Shown here piece after piece: positions 18,042 through 34,983 of a stretch of DNA of 64,000 nucleotides. Positions within the stretch are counted from its first letter, which is position 1. The number at the start of each line of letters is the position of its first letter. The position numbers were made by a program, and so were the translations under genes. The stretch is taken from NCBI GenBank assembly GCA_964016885.1, contig OZ024743.1, positions 183,148,001 through 183,212,000 on the forward strand, read 5' to 3'. The notes under the pieces are model-generated. The model had not been told where the DNA came from. It worked only from the letters and a program-made list of their open reading frames with translations, and ran no database searches. The stretch is from Eledone cirrhosa (lineage: Eukaryota).

Positions 18042-20520
18042 ATATATGGTATAGACATATAATATATATAGTATAGACATATAAGATATATAGTATAGAC
18101 ATATAATATATATGGTATAGACATATAATGTATATAGTATAGACTTATAATATATATGGTATAGACATATAATATATATGGTATAGACATATAATGTATA
18201 TAGTATAGACATATAATATATATGGTATAGACATATAATGTATATAGTATAGACATATAATATATATGGTATAGACATGTAATATATATGGTATAGACAT
18301 GTAATATATATGGTATAGACATATAATATATATGGTATAGACATATAATATATATGGTATAGACATATAATGTATATAGTATAGACATATAATATATATG
18401 GTATTGACATATAATATATATGGTATAGACATATGATATATATAGTATAGACATGTAATGTATATAGTATAGACATATAATATATATGGTATAGACATAT
18501 AATATATATGGTATAGACATATAATATATATGGTATAGACATATAATATATATGGTATAGACATATAATGTATATGGTATAGACATAATATATATGGTAT
18601 AGACATATAATATATATGGTATAGACACATTATATATATGGTATAGACATATAATATATATGGTATAGACATATAATGTATATAGTATAGACATATAATG
18701 TATATAGTATATACATATAATATATATGGTATAGACATATAATATATATGGTATAGACATATAATATATATGGTATAGACATATAATATATATAGTATAG
18801 ACATATAATGTATATAATATAGACATATAATGTATATAATATAGACATATAATGTATATAATATAGACATATAATATATATGGTATAGACACATTATATA
18901 TATGGTATAGACATATAATATATATGGTATAGACATATAATATATATGGTATAGACATATAATATATATGGTATAGACATATAATATATATGGTATAGAC
19001 ATATAATATATATGGTATAGACATATAATATATATGGTATAGACATATAATATATATGGTATAGACATATAATATATATGGTATAGACATATAATATATA
19101 TAGTATAGACATATAATATATATGGTATAGACATATAATATATATAGTATAGGCATATAATGTATATAGTATAGACATATAATGTATATAGTATAGACAT
19201 ATAATATATATGGTATAGACATATAATATATATGGTATAGACATATAATATATATGGTATAGACATATAATATATATGGTATAGACATATAATATATATG
19301 GTATAGACATATAATGTATATGGTATGGACATATAATATATATGGTATAGACATATAATATATATGGTATAGACATATAATATATATGGTATAGACATAT
19401 AATATATATGGTATAGACATAATATATATGGTATAGACATATAATATATATAGTATAGACATATAATGTATATAGTATAGACATATAATATATATGGTAT
19501 AGACATGTAATATATATGATATAGACATATAATATATATGGTATAGAAATATAATGTATATAGTATAGACATATAATGTATATGGTATAGACATATAATA
19601 TATATGGTATAGACATATAATATATATAGTATAGACATATAATGTATATGGTATAGACATATAATATATATGGTATAGACATATAATATATATGGTATAG
19701 ACATATAATATATATAGTATAGACATATAATATATATAGTATAGACATATAATGTATATAGTATAGACATATAATGTATATAGTATAGACATATAATGTA
19801 TATAGTATAGACATATAATGTATATGGTATAGACATATAATATATATGGTATGGACATATAATATATATAGTATAGACATATAATATATATGGTATAGAC
19901 ATATAATATATATGGTATAGACATATAATATATATAGTATAGACATATAATATATATGGTATGGACATACAATATATATGGTATAGACATATAATATATA
20001 TAGTATAGACATGTAATATATATGGTATAGACATGTAATATATATGGTATAGACATATAATATATATGGTATAGACATATAATATATATGGTATAGACAT
20101 ATAATATATATGGTATAGACATATAATATATATGGTATAGACATATAATATATATAGTATAGACATGTAATATATATGGTATAGACATGTAATATATATG
20201 GTATAGACATATAATGTATATAGTATAGACATATAATATATATGGTATAGACATATAATATATATGGTATAGACATATAATATATATGGTATAGACATGT
20301 AATATATATGGTATAGACATATAATGTATATAGTATAGACATATAATATATATGGTATAGACATATAATATATATGGTATAGACATATAATGTATATAGT
20401 ATAGACATATAATGTATATAGTATAGACATATAATGTATATAGTATAGACATATAATGTATATAGTATAGACATATAATGTATATAGTATAGACATATAA
20501 TATATATGGTATAGACATAT

Positions 20521-20708
20521 AATTGTTTCTACTTTTGGCACAAGGCCAGCAATTACCCAGTGCATTACTGGTACTTTATTTTATCGACCCCGTAAGGATG
20601 AAAGGCAAAGTTAACCTCGGCGGGATTTGAACTCAGAATGGCAAAGACCGTAACTCTATGCGTCAAAGCATGGCCTCCGACCCTCTACCGATACTGCCAA
20701 TCCATCGC
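20521..20708 (-). mobile_element. SINE type B (copy 4)
   Basis: Type-B diagnostics; 2667 bp after copy 3. Confidence 0.9.
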
Positions 20709-22162
20709 ATATATGGTATAGACATATAATATATATAGTATAGACATATAAGATATATAGTATAGACATATAATATATATGGTATAGACATATAATGTAT
20801 ATAGTATAGACTTATAATATATATGGTATAGACATATAATATATATGGTATAGACATATAATGTATATAGTATAGACATATAATATATATGGTATAGACA
20901 TATAATGTATATAGTATAGACATATAATATATATGGTATAGACATGTAATATATATGGTATAGACATGTAATATATATGGTATAGACATATAATATATAT
21001 GGTATAGACATATAATATATATGGTATAGACATATAATGTATATAGTATAGACATATAATATATATGGTATTGACATATAATATATATGGTATAGACATA
21101 TGATATATATAGTATAGACATGTAATGTATATAGTATAGACATATAATATATATGGTATAGACATATAATATATATGGTATAGACATATAATATATATGG
21201 TATAGACATATAATATATATGGTATAGACATATAATGTATATGGTATAGACATAATATATATGGTATAGACATATAATATATATGGTATAGACACATTAT
21301 ATATATGGTATAGACATATAATATATATGGTATAGACATATAATGTATATAGTATAGACATATAATGTATATAGTATATACATATAATATATATGGTATA
21401 GACATATAATATATATGGTATAGACATATAATATATATGGTATAGACATATAATATATATAGTATAGACATATAATGTATATAATATAGACATATAATGT
21501 ATATAATATAGACATATAATATATATGGTATAGACACATTATATATATGGTATAGACATATAATATATATGGTATAGACATATAATATATATGGTATAGA
21601 CATATAATATATATGGTATAGACATATAATATATATGGTATAGACATATAATATATATGGTATAGACATATAATATATATGGTATAGACATATAATATAT
21701 ATGGTATAGACATATAATATATATGGTATAGACATATAATATATATGGTATAGACATATAATATATATAGTATAGACATATAATATATATGGTATAGACA
21801 TATAATATATATAGTATAGGCATATAATGTATATAGTATAGACATATAATGTATATAGTATAGACATATAATATATATGGTATAGACATATAATAGATAT
21901 GGTATAGACATATAATATATATGGTATAGACATATAATATATATGGTATAGACATATAATATATATGGTATAGACACATTATATATATGGTATAGACATA
22001 TAATGTATATGGTATAGACATATAATGTATATGGTATAGACATATAATATATATGGTATAGACATGTAATATATATAGTATAGACATATAATGTATATGG
22101 TATAGACATATAATATATATGGTATAGACATATAATATATATGGTATAGACATATAATATAT

Positions 22163-23270
22163 AGAGGGTTCTATAGAAATAGTGGACAGCTTCCGTTATC
22201 TGGGTGACAAAATCAGCAGTGGGGGAGGGTGCTCTGAAAGTACAGTAGCTAGAGTCAGAACTGGATGGAAAAAGTTCAGAGAGCTTATACCACTATTAGC
22301 CGCTAGAGGGTTCTCCCTAAAAATGAAAGGCAGGTTATACGATGCCTGCATACGAACAGCAATGCTGCATGGCAGTGAGACCTGGGCATTGTGTGCAGAG
22401 GATATACGCAGACTAGAGAGGAACGAAGCTTGCATGCTCCGCTGGATGTGCAATAGTAATATACGTGAACGGCAAAGCATAAACGAACTAAGGAAAAAAT
22501 TAGAAATAAGAGGGATCAGATGTTGTTTACTCGAGAGAAGGCTACGTTGGTACGGTCACGTGATGCGCATGAAAGACGACAGCTGTATAACAAAGTGCAG
22601 GGCAATAAAGATAGACGGTAGCCACGGAGTAGGCAGACCCAGAAAAACATGGGACGAGCTGATAAATTCCGACCTCACACGCTTACACCTCTCCAAGACA
22701 ATGTCACTGGACCGAGACCTTTGGCGGTACTCAGTAATAGAGAAGACCCGCCTTACCTAAATACAAAGTAAAAACCTACTACAGTCAGTAGGCACCTCTA
22801 TCAAAACACACCCCCCGTCCCACCACCTCCACCCCACCCACACCGCCCCTTTCAATGTAAAGTTATGTTGGTCCCACAACATCCAGGCCGAAACAAATGA
22901 GATCGTGTAGGTGTCACGACAAAAAACACACAGTCCACGCTGTAAATGTGGCCTTGTAGGCAACACGGTAAAAACCTCCCAGCCCCACACTGTAAATGTG
23001 GTTGGTGTTAGGAAGGGCATCCAGCTGTAGAAAACCCGCCAGACAGTCCACGCTGTAATGTGGCCGTGTAGGCAACACGTTAAAAACCTCCCAGCCCCAC
23101 ACTGTAAATGTGGTTGGTGTTAGGAAGGGCATCCAACTGTAGAAAACCCGCCAGACAGTCCTATGCGAGCAAGACAACCACTCTTGCCTCAAGTGGGAAA
23201 ACCCCCGTCCAAACCCATGCAAGCGTGGAACACGGACGCTAAACCTGATGATGATGATGATGATGATGAT
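22163..23270 (+). mobile_element. 5'-truncated RTE-clade LINE 3' fragment (R1) inside the satellite
   Basis: Encodes the RT thumb/C-terminus (SFRYLG, HGSETW, RRLRWYGHVMRM, GRPRKTW; stop at 22760), a 3' UTR and a (GAT)8 tail. Closely matches 46275-47260. Confidence 0.93.
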
Positions 23271-26211
23271 GGTATAGACATATAATATATATGGTATAGA
23301 CATATAATATATATGGTATAGACATGTAATATATATGGTATAGACATATAATATATATGGTATAGACATATAATATATATGGTATAGACATATAATGTAT
23401 ATAGTATAGACATATAATATATATGGTATTGACATATAATATATATATGGTATAGACATATAATATATATAGTATAGACATGTAATGTATATAGTATAGA
23501 CATATAATATATATGGTTTAGACATATAATATATATGGTATAGACATATAATATATATGGTATAGACATATAATATATATGGTATAGACATATAATGTAT
23601 ATGGTATAGACATAATATATATGGTATAGACATATAATATATATGGTATAGACACATTATATATATGGTATAGACATATAATATATATGGTATAGACATA
23701 TAATGTATATAGTATAGACATATAATGTATATAGTATAGACATATAATGTATATAGTATAGACATATAATATATATGGTATAGACATATAATATATATGG
23801 TATAGACATATAATATATATGGTATAGACATATAATATATATAGTATAGACATATAATGTATATAATATAGACATATAATATATATGGTATAGACATATA
23901 ATATATATGGTATAGACATATAATATATATGGTATAGACATATAATATATATGGTATAGACATATAATATATATGGTATAGACATATAATATATATAGTA
24001 TAGACATATAATGTATATGGTATAGACATATAATATATATGGTATAGACACATTATATATATATGGTATAGACATATAATATATATGGTATAGACATATA
24101 ATGTATATAGTATAGACATATAATATATATGGTATAGACACATTATATATATGGTATAGACATATAATATATATGGTATAGACATATAATATATATGCTA
24201 TAGACATATAATATATATGGTATAGACATATAATATATATGGTATAGACATATAATATATATGGTATAGACATATAATATATATGGTATAGACATATAAT
24301 ATATATGGTATAGACATATAATATATATGGTATAGACATATAATGTATATGGTATAGACATATAATATATATAGTATAGACATATAATATATATGGTATA
24401 GACATATAATATATATAGTATAGACATATAATGTATATAGTATAGACATATAATGTATATAGTATAGACATATAATATATATGGTATAGACATATAATAT
24501 ATATGGTATAGACATATAATATATATGGTATAGACATATAATATATATGGTATAGACATATAATATATATGGTTTAGACATATAATATATATTGTTTAGA
24601 CATATAATATATATGGTATAGACATATAATATATATGGTATAGACATATAATATATATGGTATAGACATATAATATATATGGTATAGACATATAATATAT
24701 ATGGTATAGACATATAATATATATGGTATAGACATGTAATATATATGGTATTGACATATAATATATATGGTATAGACATATAATGTATATAGTATAGACA
24801 TGTAATATATATGGTATAGACATATAATGTATATAGTATAGACATATAATGTATATAGTATAGACATATAATATATATGGTATAGACATATAATATATAT
24901 GGTATAGACATATAATGTATATAGTATAGACATATAATGTATATAGTATAGACATATAATGTATATAGTATAGACATATAATATATATAGTATAGACATA
25001 TCATGTATATAGTATAGACATATCATGTATATAGTATAGACATATAATATATATGGTATAGACATATAATATATATGGTATAGACATATAATGTATATGG
25101 TATAGACATATAATATATATGGTATAGACATATAATATATATAGTATAGACACATAATATATATGGTATAGACATATAATATATATAGTATAGACATAAT
25201 ATATATGGTATAGACATATAATGTATATGGTATAGACATATAATATATATAGTATAGACATATAATATATATAGTATAGACATGTTATATATATGCTATA
25301 GACATATAATATATATAGTATAGACATATAATATATATGGTATAGACATATAATATATATGGTATAGACATATAATATATATGGTATAGACATATAATAT
25401 ATATGGTATAGACATATAATATATATGGTATAGACATATAATGTATATAGTATAGACACATAATGTATATGGTATAGACATATACTATATATAGTATAGA
25501 CATATAATGTATATAGTATAGACATATAATGTATATAGTATAGACATATAATATATATAGTATAGACATATAATGTATATAGTTTAGACATATAATATAT
25601 ATAGTATAGACATATAATATGTATATAGTATAAACATATAATGTATATAGTATAGACATGTAATGTATATAGTATAGACATATAATATATATGGTATAGA
25701 CATATAATGTATATAGTATAGACATATAATATATATGGTATAGACATATAATATATATGGTATAGACATATAATGTATATAGTATAGACATATAATATAT
25801 ATGGTATAGACATATAATATATATAGTATAGACATATAATATATATGGTATAGACATATAATATATATGGTATAGACATATAATATATATGGTATAGACA
25901 TGTAATATATATGGTATAGACATGTAATATATATGGTATAGACATATAATATATATGGTATAGACATATAATATATATGGTATAGACATATAATGTATAT
26001 AGTATAGACATATAATATATATGGTATAGACATATAATATATATGGTATAGACATATAATGTATATAGTATAGACATATAATATATATGGTATGGACATA
26101 TAATGTATATGGTATAGACATATAATATATATGGTATGGACATATAATGTATATGGTATAGACATATAATGTATATGGTATAGACATATAATATATATAG
26201 TATAGACATAT

Positions 26212-26393
26212 AATTGTTTCTACTTTTGGCACAAGGCCAGCAATTACCCAGTGCATTACTGGTACTTTATTTTATCGACCCCGTAAGGATGAAAGGCAAA
26301 GTCAACCTCGGCGGTATTTGAACTCAGATCGTAAAAGGGACGCAACTATGCTGGAAAGCATGGCGTCCAACCCTCTACCGATACTGCCAATCC
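26212..26393 (-). mobile_element. SINE type A (copy 4)
   Basis: Type-A diagnostics. Confidence 0.9.
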
Positions 26394-28267
26394 AGACATA
26401 TAATATATATGGCATAGACATATAATATATATGGCATAGACATATAATATATATGGTATAGACATATAATATATATGGTATAGACATATAATGTATATGG
26501 TATAGACATATAATGTATATGGTATAGACATATAATGTATATGGTATAGACATATAATGTATATGGTATAGACATATAATATATATGGTATAGACATATA
26601 ATATATATGGTATAGACATATAATATATATGGTATAGACATATAATATATATGGTATAGACATGTAATATATATGGTATAGACATATAATATATATGGTA
26701 TAGACATATAATATATATGGTATAGACATATAATATATATGGTATAGACATATAATATATATGGTATAGACATATAATATATATGGTATAGACATGTAAT
26801 ATATATGGTATAGACATATAATATATATAGTATAGACATATAATATATATGGTATAGACATATAATATATATGGTATAGACATATAATATATATGGTATA
26901 GACATATAATATATATGGTATAGACATATAATATATATGGTATAGACATATAATATATATGGTATAGACATGTAATATATATGGTATAGACATAATATAT
27001 ATGGTATAGACATATAATATATATGGTATAGACATATAATATATATAGTATAGACATATAATATATATGGTATAGACATATAATATATATGGTATAGACA
27101 TATAATGTATATGGTATGGACATATAATATATATGGTATAGACATATAATATATATGGTATAGACATATAATATATATGGTATAGACATATAATATATAT
27201 GGTATAGACATAATATATATGGTATAGACATATAATATATATAGTATAGACATATAATGTATATAGTATAGACATATAATATATATGGTATAGGCATGTA
27301 ATATATATGATATAGACATATAATATATATGGTATAGAAATATAATGTATATAGTATAGACATATAATGTATATGGTATAGACATATAATATATATGGTA
27401 TAGACATATAATATATATAGTATAGACATATAATGTATATGGTATAGACATATAATATATATGGTATAGACATATAATATATATGGTATAGACATATAAT
27501 ATATATAGTATAGACATATAATATATATAGTATAGACATATAATGTATATAGTATAGACATATAATGTATATAGTATAGACATATAATGTATATAGTATA
27601 GACATATAATGTATATGGTATAGACATATAATATATATGGTATGGACATATAATATATATGGTATAGACATATAATATATATAGTATAGACATATAATAT
27701 ATATGGTATGGACATACAATATATATGGTATAGACATATAATATATATAGTATAGACATGTAATATATATGGTATAGACATGTAATATATATGGTATAGA
27801 CATATAATATATATGGTATAGACATATAATATATATGGTATAGACATATAATATATATGGTATAGACATATAATATATATGGTATAGACATATAATATAT
27901 ATAGTATAGACATGTAATATATATGGTATAGACATGTAATATATATGGTATAGACATATAATGTATATAGTATAGACATATAATATATATGGTATAGACA
28001 TATAATATATATGGTATAGACATATAATATATATGGTATAGACATGTAATATATATGGTATAGACATATAATGTATATAGTATAGACATATAATATATAT
28101 GGTATAGACATATAATATATATGGTATAGACATATAATGTATATAGTATAGACATATAATGTATATAGTATAGACATATAATGTATATAGTATAGACATA
28201 TAATGTATATAGTATAGACATATAATGTATATAGTATAGACATATAATATATATGGTATAGACATAT

Positions 28268-28455
28268 AATTGTTTCTACTTTTGGCACAAGGCCAGCAAT
28301 TACCCAGTGCATTACTGGTACTTTATTTTATCGACCCCGTAAGGATGAAAGGCAAAGTTAACCTCGGCGGGATTTGAACTCAGAATGGCAAAGACCGTAA
28401 CTCTATGCGTCAAAGCATGGCGTCCGACCCTCTACCGATACTGCCAATCCATCGC
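28268..28455 (-). mobile_element. SINE type B (copy 5)
   Basis: Type-B diagnostics. Confidence 0.9.
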
Positions 28456-29667
28456 ATATATGGTATAGACATATAATATATATAGTATAGACATATAAGA
28501 TATATAGTATAGACATATAATATATATGGTATAGACATATAATGTATATAGTATAGACTTATAATATATATGGTATAGACATATAATATATATGGTATAG
28601 ACATATAATGTATATAGTATAGACATATAATATATATGGTATAGACATATAATGTATATAGTATAGACATATAATATATATGGTATAGACATGTAATATA
28701 TATGGTATAGACATGTAATATATATGGTATAGACATATAATATATATGGTATAGACATATAATATATATGGTATAGACATATAATGTATATAGTATAGAC
28801 ATATAATATATATGGTATTGACATATAATATATATGGTATAGACATATGATATATATAGTATAGACATGTAATGTATATAGTATAGACATATAATATATA
28901 TGGTATAGACATATAATATATATGGTATAGACATATAATATATATGGTATAGACATATAATATATATGGTATAGACATATAATGTATATCGTATAGACAT
29001 AATATATATGGTATAGACATATAATATATATGGTATAGACACATTATATATATGGTATAGACATATAATATATATGGTATAGACATATAATGTATATAGT
29101 ATAGACATATAATGTATATAGTATATACATATAATATATATGGTATAGACATATAATATATATGGTATAGACATATAATATATATGGTATAGACATATAA
29201 TATATATAGTATAGACATATAATGTATATAATATAGACATATAATGTATATAATATAGACATATAATATATATGGTATAGACACATTATATATATGGTAT
29301 AGACATATAATATATATGGTATAGACATATAATATATATGGTATAGACATATAATATATATGGTATAGACATATAATATATATGGTATAGACATATAATA
29401 TATATGGTATAGACATATAATATATATGGTATAGACATATAATATATATGGTATAGACATATAATATATATGGTATAGACATATAATATATATAGTATAG
29501 ACATATAATATATATAGTATAGGCATATAATGTATATAGTATAGACATATAATGTATATAGTATAGACATATAATGTATATGGTATAGACATATAATATA
29601 TATGGTATAGACATATAATATATATGGTATAGACATATAATATATATGGTATAGACATATAATATAT

Positions 29668-30775
29668 AGAGGGTTCTATAGAAATAGTGGACAGCTTCCG
29701 TTATCTGGGTGACAAAATCAGCAGTGGGGGAGGGTGCTCTGAAAGTACAGTAGCTAGAGTCAGAACTGGATGGAAAAAGTTCAGAGAGCTTATACCACTA
29801 TTAGCCGCTAGAGGGTTCTCCCTAAAAATGAAAGGCAGGTTATACGATGCCTGCATACGAACAGCAATGCTGCATGGCAGTGAGACCTGGGCATTGTGTG
29901 CAGAGGATATACGCAGACTAGAGAGGAACGAAGCTTGCATGCTCCGCTGGATGTGCAATAGTAATATACGTGAACGGCAAAGCATAAACGAACTAAGGAA
30001 AAAATTAGAAATAAGAGGGATCAGATGTTGTTTACTCGAGAGAAGGCTACGTTGGTACGGTCACGTGATGCGCATGAAAGACGACAGCTGTATAACAAAG
30101 TGCAGGGCAATAAAGATAGACGGTAGCCACGGAGTAGGCAGACCCAGAAAAACATGGGACGAGCTGATAAATTCCGACCTCACACGCTTACACCTCTCCA
30201 AGACAATGTCACTGGACCGAGACCTTTGGCGGTACTCAGTAATAGAGAAGACCCGCCTTACCTAAATACAAAGTAAAAACCTACTACAGTCAGTAGGCAC
30301 CTCTATCAAAACACACCCCCCGTCCCACCACCTCCACCCCACCCACACCGCCCCTTTCAATGTAAAGTTATGTTGGTCCCACAACATCCAGGCCGAAACA
30401 AATGAGATCGTGTAGGTGTCACGACAAAAAACACACAGTCCACGCTGTAAATGTGGCCTTGTAGGCAACACGGTAAAAACCTCCCAGCCCCACACTGTAA
30501 ATGTGGTTGGTGTTAGGAAGGGCATCCAGCTGTAGAAAACCCGCCAGACAGTCCACGCTGTAATGTGGCCGTGTAGGCAACACGGTAAAAACCTCCCAGC
30601 CCCACACTGTAAATGTGGTTGGTGTTAGGAAGGGCATCCAACTGTAGAAAACCCGCCAGACAGTCCTATGCGAGCAAGACAACCACTCTTGCCTCAAGTG
30701 GGAAAACCCCCGTCCAAACCCATGCAAGCGTGGAACACGGACGCTAAACCTGATGATGATGATGATGATGATGAT
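29668..30775 (+). mobile_element. RTE LINE 3' fragment (R2)
   Basis: Same truncation point, tail and translation as R1; offset 7505. Confidence 0.93.
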
Positions 30776-32748
30776 GGTATAGACATATAATATATATGGT
30801 ATAGACATATAATATATATGGTATAGACATGTAATATATATGGTATAGACATATAATATATATGGTATAGACATATAATATATATGGTATAGACATATAA
30901 TGTATATAGTATAGACATATAATATATATGGTATTGAAATATAATATATATATGGTATAGACATATAATATATATAGTATAGACATGTAATGTATATAGT
31001 ATAGACATATAATATATATGGTATAGACATATAATATATATGGTATAGACATATAATATATATAGTATAGACATATAATATATATGGTATAGACATATAA
31101 TATATATGGTTTAGACATATAATATATATGGTATAGACATATAATATATATGGTATAGACATATAATATATATGGTATAGACATATAATGTATATGGTAT
31201 AGACATAATATATATGGTATAGACATATAATATATATGGTATAGACACATTATATATATGGTATAGACATATAATATATATGGTATAGACATATAATGTA
31301 TATAGTATAGACATATAATGTATATAGTATAGACATATAATGTATATAGTATAGACATATAATATATATGGTATAGACATATAATATATATGGTATAGAC
31401 ATATAATATATATGGTATAGACATATAATATATATGGTATAGACATATAATATATATAGTATAGACATATAATGTATATAATATAGACATATAATATATA
31501 TGGTATAGACATATAATATATATGGTATAGACATATAATATATATGGTATAGACATATAATATATATGGTATAGACATATAATATATATGGTATAGACAT
31601 ATAATATATATAGTATAGACATATAATGTATATGGTATAGACATATAATATATATGGTATAGACACATTATATATATATGGTATAGACATATAATATATA
31701 TGGTATAGACATATAATATATATGGTATAGACATATAATGTATATAGTATAGACATATAATATATATGGTATAGACACATTATATATATGGTATAGACAT
31801 ATAATATATATGGTATAGACATATAATATATATGCTATAGACATATAATATATATGGTATAGACATATAATATATATGGTATAGACATATAATATATATG
31901 GTATAGACATATAATGTATATGGTATAGACATATAATATATATAGTATAGACATATAATATATATGGTATAGACATATAATATATATAGTATAGACATAT
32001 AATGTATATAGTATAGACATATAATGTATATAGTATAGACATATAATATATATGGTATAGACATATAATATATATGGTATAGACATATAATATATATGGT
32101 ATAGACATATAATATATATGGTATAGACATATAATATATATGGTTTAGACATATAATATATATTGTTTAGACATATAATATATATGGTATAGACATATAA
32201 TATATATGGTATAGACATATAATATATATGGTATAGACATATAATATATATGGTATAGACATATAATATATATGGTATAGACATATAATATATATGGTAT
32301 AGACATGTAATATATATGGTATTGACATATAATATATATGGTATAGACATATAATGTATATAGTATAGACATGTAATATATATGGTATAGACATATAATG
32401 TATATAGTATAGACATATAATGTATATAGTATAGACATACAATATATATGGTATAGACATATAATATATATGGTATAGACATATAATGTATATAGTATAG
32501 ACATATAATGTATATAGTATAGACATATAATGTATATAGTATAGACATATAATGTATATAGTATAGACATATAATATATATAGTATAGACATATCATGTA
32601 TATAGTATAGACATATCATGTATATAGTATAGACATATAATATATATGGTATGGACATATAATGTATATGGTATGGACATATAATATATATGGTATGGAC
32701 ATATAATATATATGGTATAGACATGTAATATATATAGTATAGACATAT

Positions 32749-32930
32749 AATTGTTTCTACTTTTGGCACAAGGCCAGCAATTACCCAGTGCATTACTGGT
32801 ACTTTATTTTATCGACCCCGTAAGGATGAAAGGCAAATTCAACCTCGGCGGTATTTGAACTCAGATCGTAAAAGGGACGCAACTATGCTGGAAAGCATGG
32901 CGTCCAACCCTCTACCGATACTGCCAATCC
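32749..32930 (-). mobile_element. SINE type A (copy 5)
   Basis: Type-A diagnostics. Confidence 0.9.
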
Positions 32931-34795
32931 AGACATATAATATATATGGCATAGACATATAATATATATGGCATAGACATATAATATATATGGTATAGAC
33001 ATATAATATATATGGTATAGACATATAATGTATATGGTATAGACATATAATGTATATGGTATAGACATATAATGTATATGGTATAGACATATAATATATA
33101 TGGTATAGACATATAATATATATGGTATAGACATATAATATATATGGTATAGACATATAATATATATGGTATAGACATGTAATATATATGGTATAGACAT
33201 ATAATATATATGGTATAGACATATAATATATATGGTATAGACATATAATATATATGGTATAGACATATAATATATATGGTATAGACATATAATATATATG
33301 GTATAGACATGTAATATATATGGTATAGATATATAGTATAGACATATAATATATATGGTATAGACATATAATATATATGGTATAGACATATAATATATAT
33401 GGTATAGACATATAATATATATGGTATAGACATATAATATATATGGTATAGACATATAATATATATGGTATAGACATGTAATATATATGGTATAGACATA
33501 ATATATATGGTATAGACATATAATATATATGGTATAGACATATAATATATATAGTATAGACATATAATATATATGGTATAGACATATAATATATATGGTA
33601 TAGACATATAATGTATATGGTATGGACATATAATATATATGGTATAGACATATAATATATATGGTATAGACATATAATATATATGGTATAGACATATAAT
33701 ATATATGGTATAGACATAATATATATGGTATAGACATATAATATATATAGTATAGACATATAATGTATATAGTATAGACATATAATATATATGGTATAGA
33801 CATGTAATATATATGATATAGACATATAATATATATGGTATAGAAATATAATGTATATAGTATAGACATATAATGTATATAGTATAGACATATAATGTAT
33901 ATGGTATAGACATATAATATATATGGTATAGACATATAATATATATAGTATAGACATATAATGTATATGGTATAGACATATAATATATATGGTATAGACA
34001 TATAATATATATGGTATAGACATATAATATATATAGTATAGACATATAATATATATAGTATAGACATATAATGTATATAGTATAGACATATAATGTATAT
34101 AGTATAGACATATAATGTATATAGTATAGACATATAATGTATATGGTATAGACATATAATGTATATGGTATGGACATATAATATATATGGTATAGACATA
34201 TAATATATATAGTATAGACATATAATATATATGGTATGGACATACAATATATATGGTATAGACATATAATATATATAGTATAGACATGTAATATATATGG
34301 TATAGACATGTAATATATATGGTATAGACATATAATATATATGGTATAGACATATAATATATATGGTATAGACATATAATATATATGGTATAGACATATA
34401 ATATATATGGTATAGACATATAATATATATAGTATAGACATGTAATATATATGGTATAGACATGTAATATATATGGTATAGACATATAATGTATATAGTA
34501 TAGACATATAATATATATGGTATAGACATATAATATATATGGTATAGACATATAATATATATGGTATAGACATGTAATATATATGGTATAGACATATAAT
34601 GTATATAGTATAGACATATAATATATATGGTATAGACATATAATATATATGGTATAGACATATAATGTATATAGTATAGACATATAATGTATATAGTATA
34701 GACATATAATGTATATAGTATAGACATATAATGTATATAGTATAGACATATAATGTATATAGTATAGACATATAATATATATGGTATAGACATAT

Positions 34796-34983
34796 AATTG
34801 TTTCTACTTTTGGCACAAGGCCAGCAATTACCCAGTGCATTACTGGTACTTTATTTTATCGACCCCGTAAGGATGAAAGGCAAAGTTAACCTCGGCGGGA
34901 TTTGAACTCAGAATGGCAAAGACCGTAACTCTATGCGTCAAAGCATGGCGTCCGACCCTCTACCGATACTGCCAATCCATCGC
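34796..34983 (-). mobile_element. SINE type B (copy 6)
   Basis: Type-B diagnostics. Confidence 0.9.

Noticed and set aside
22182-22760. 192-aa ORF (three copies) as a functional gene
   Set aside because: It is a 5'-truncated LINE ORF2 tail starting at GTG, without the catalytic YADD; conservation reflects recent duplication.
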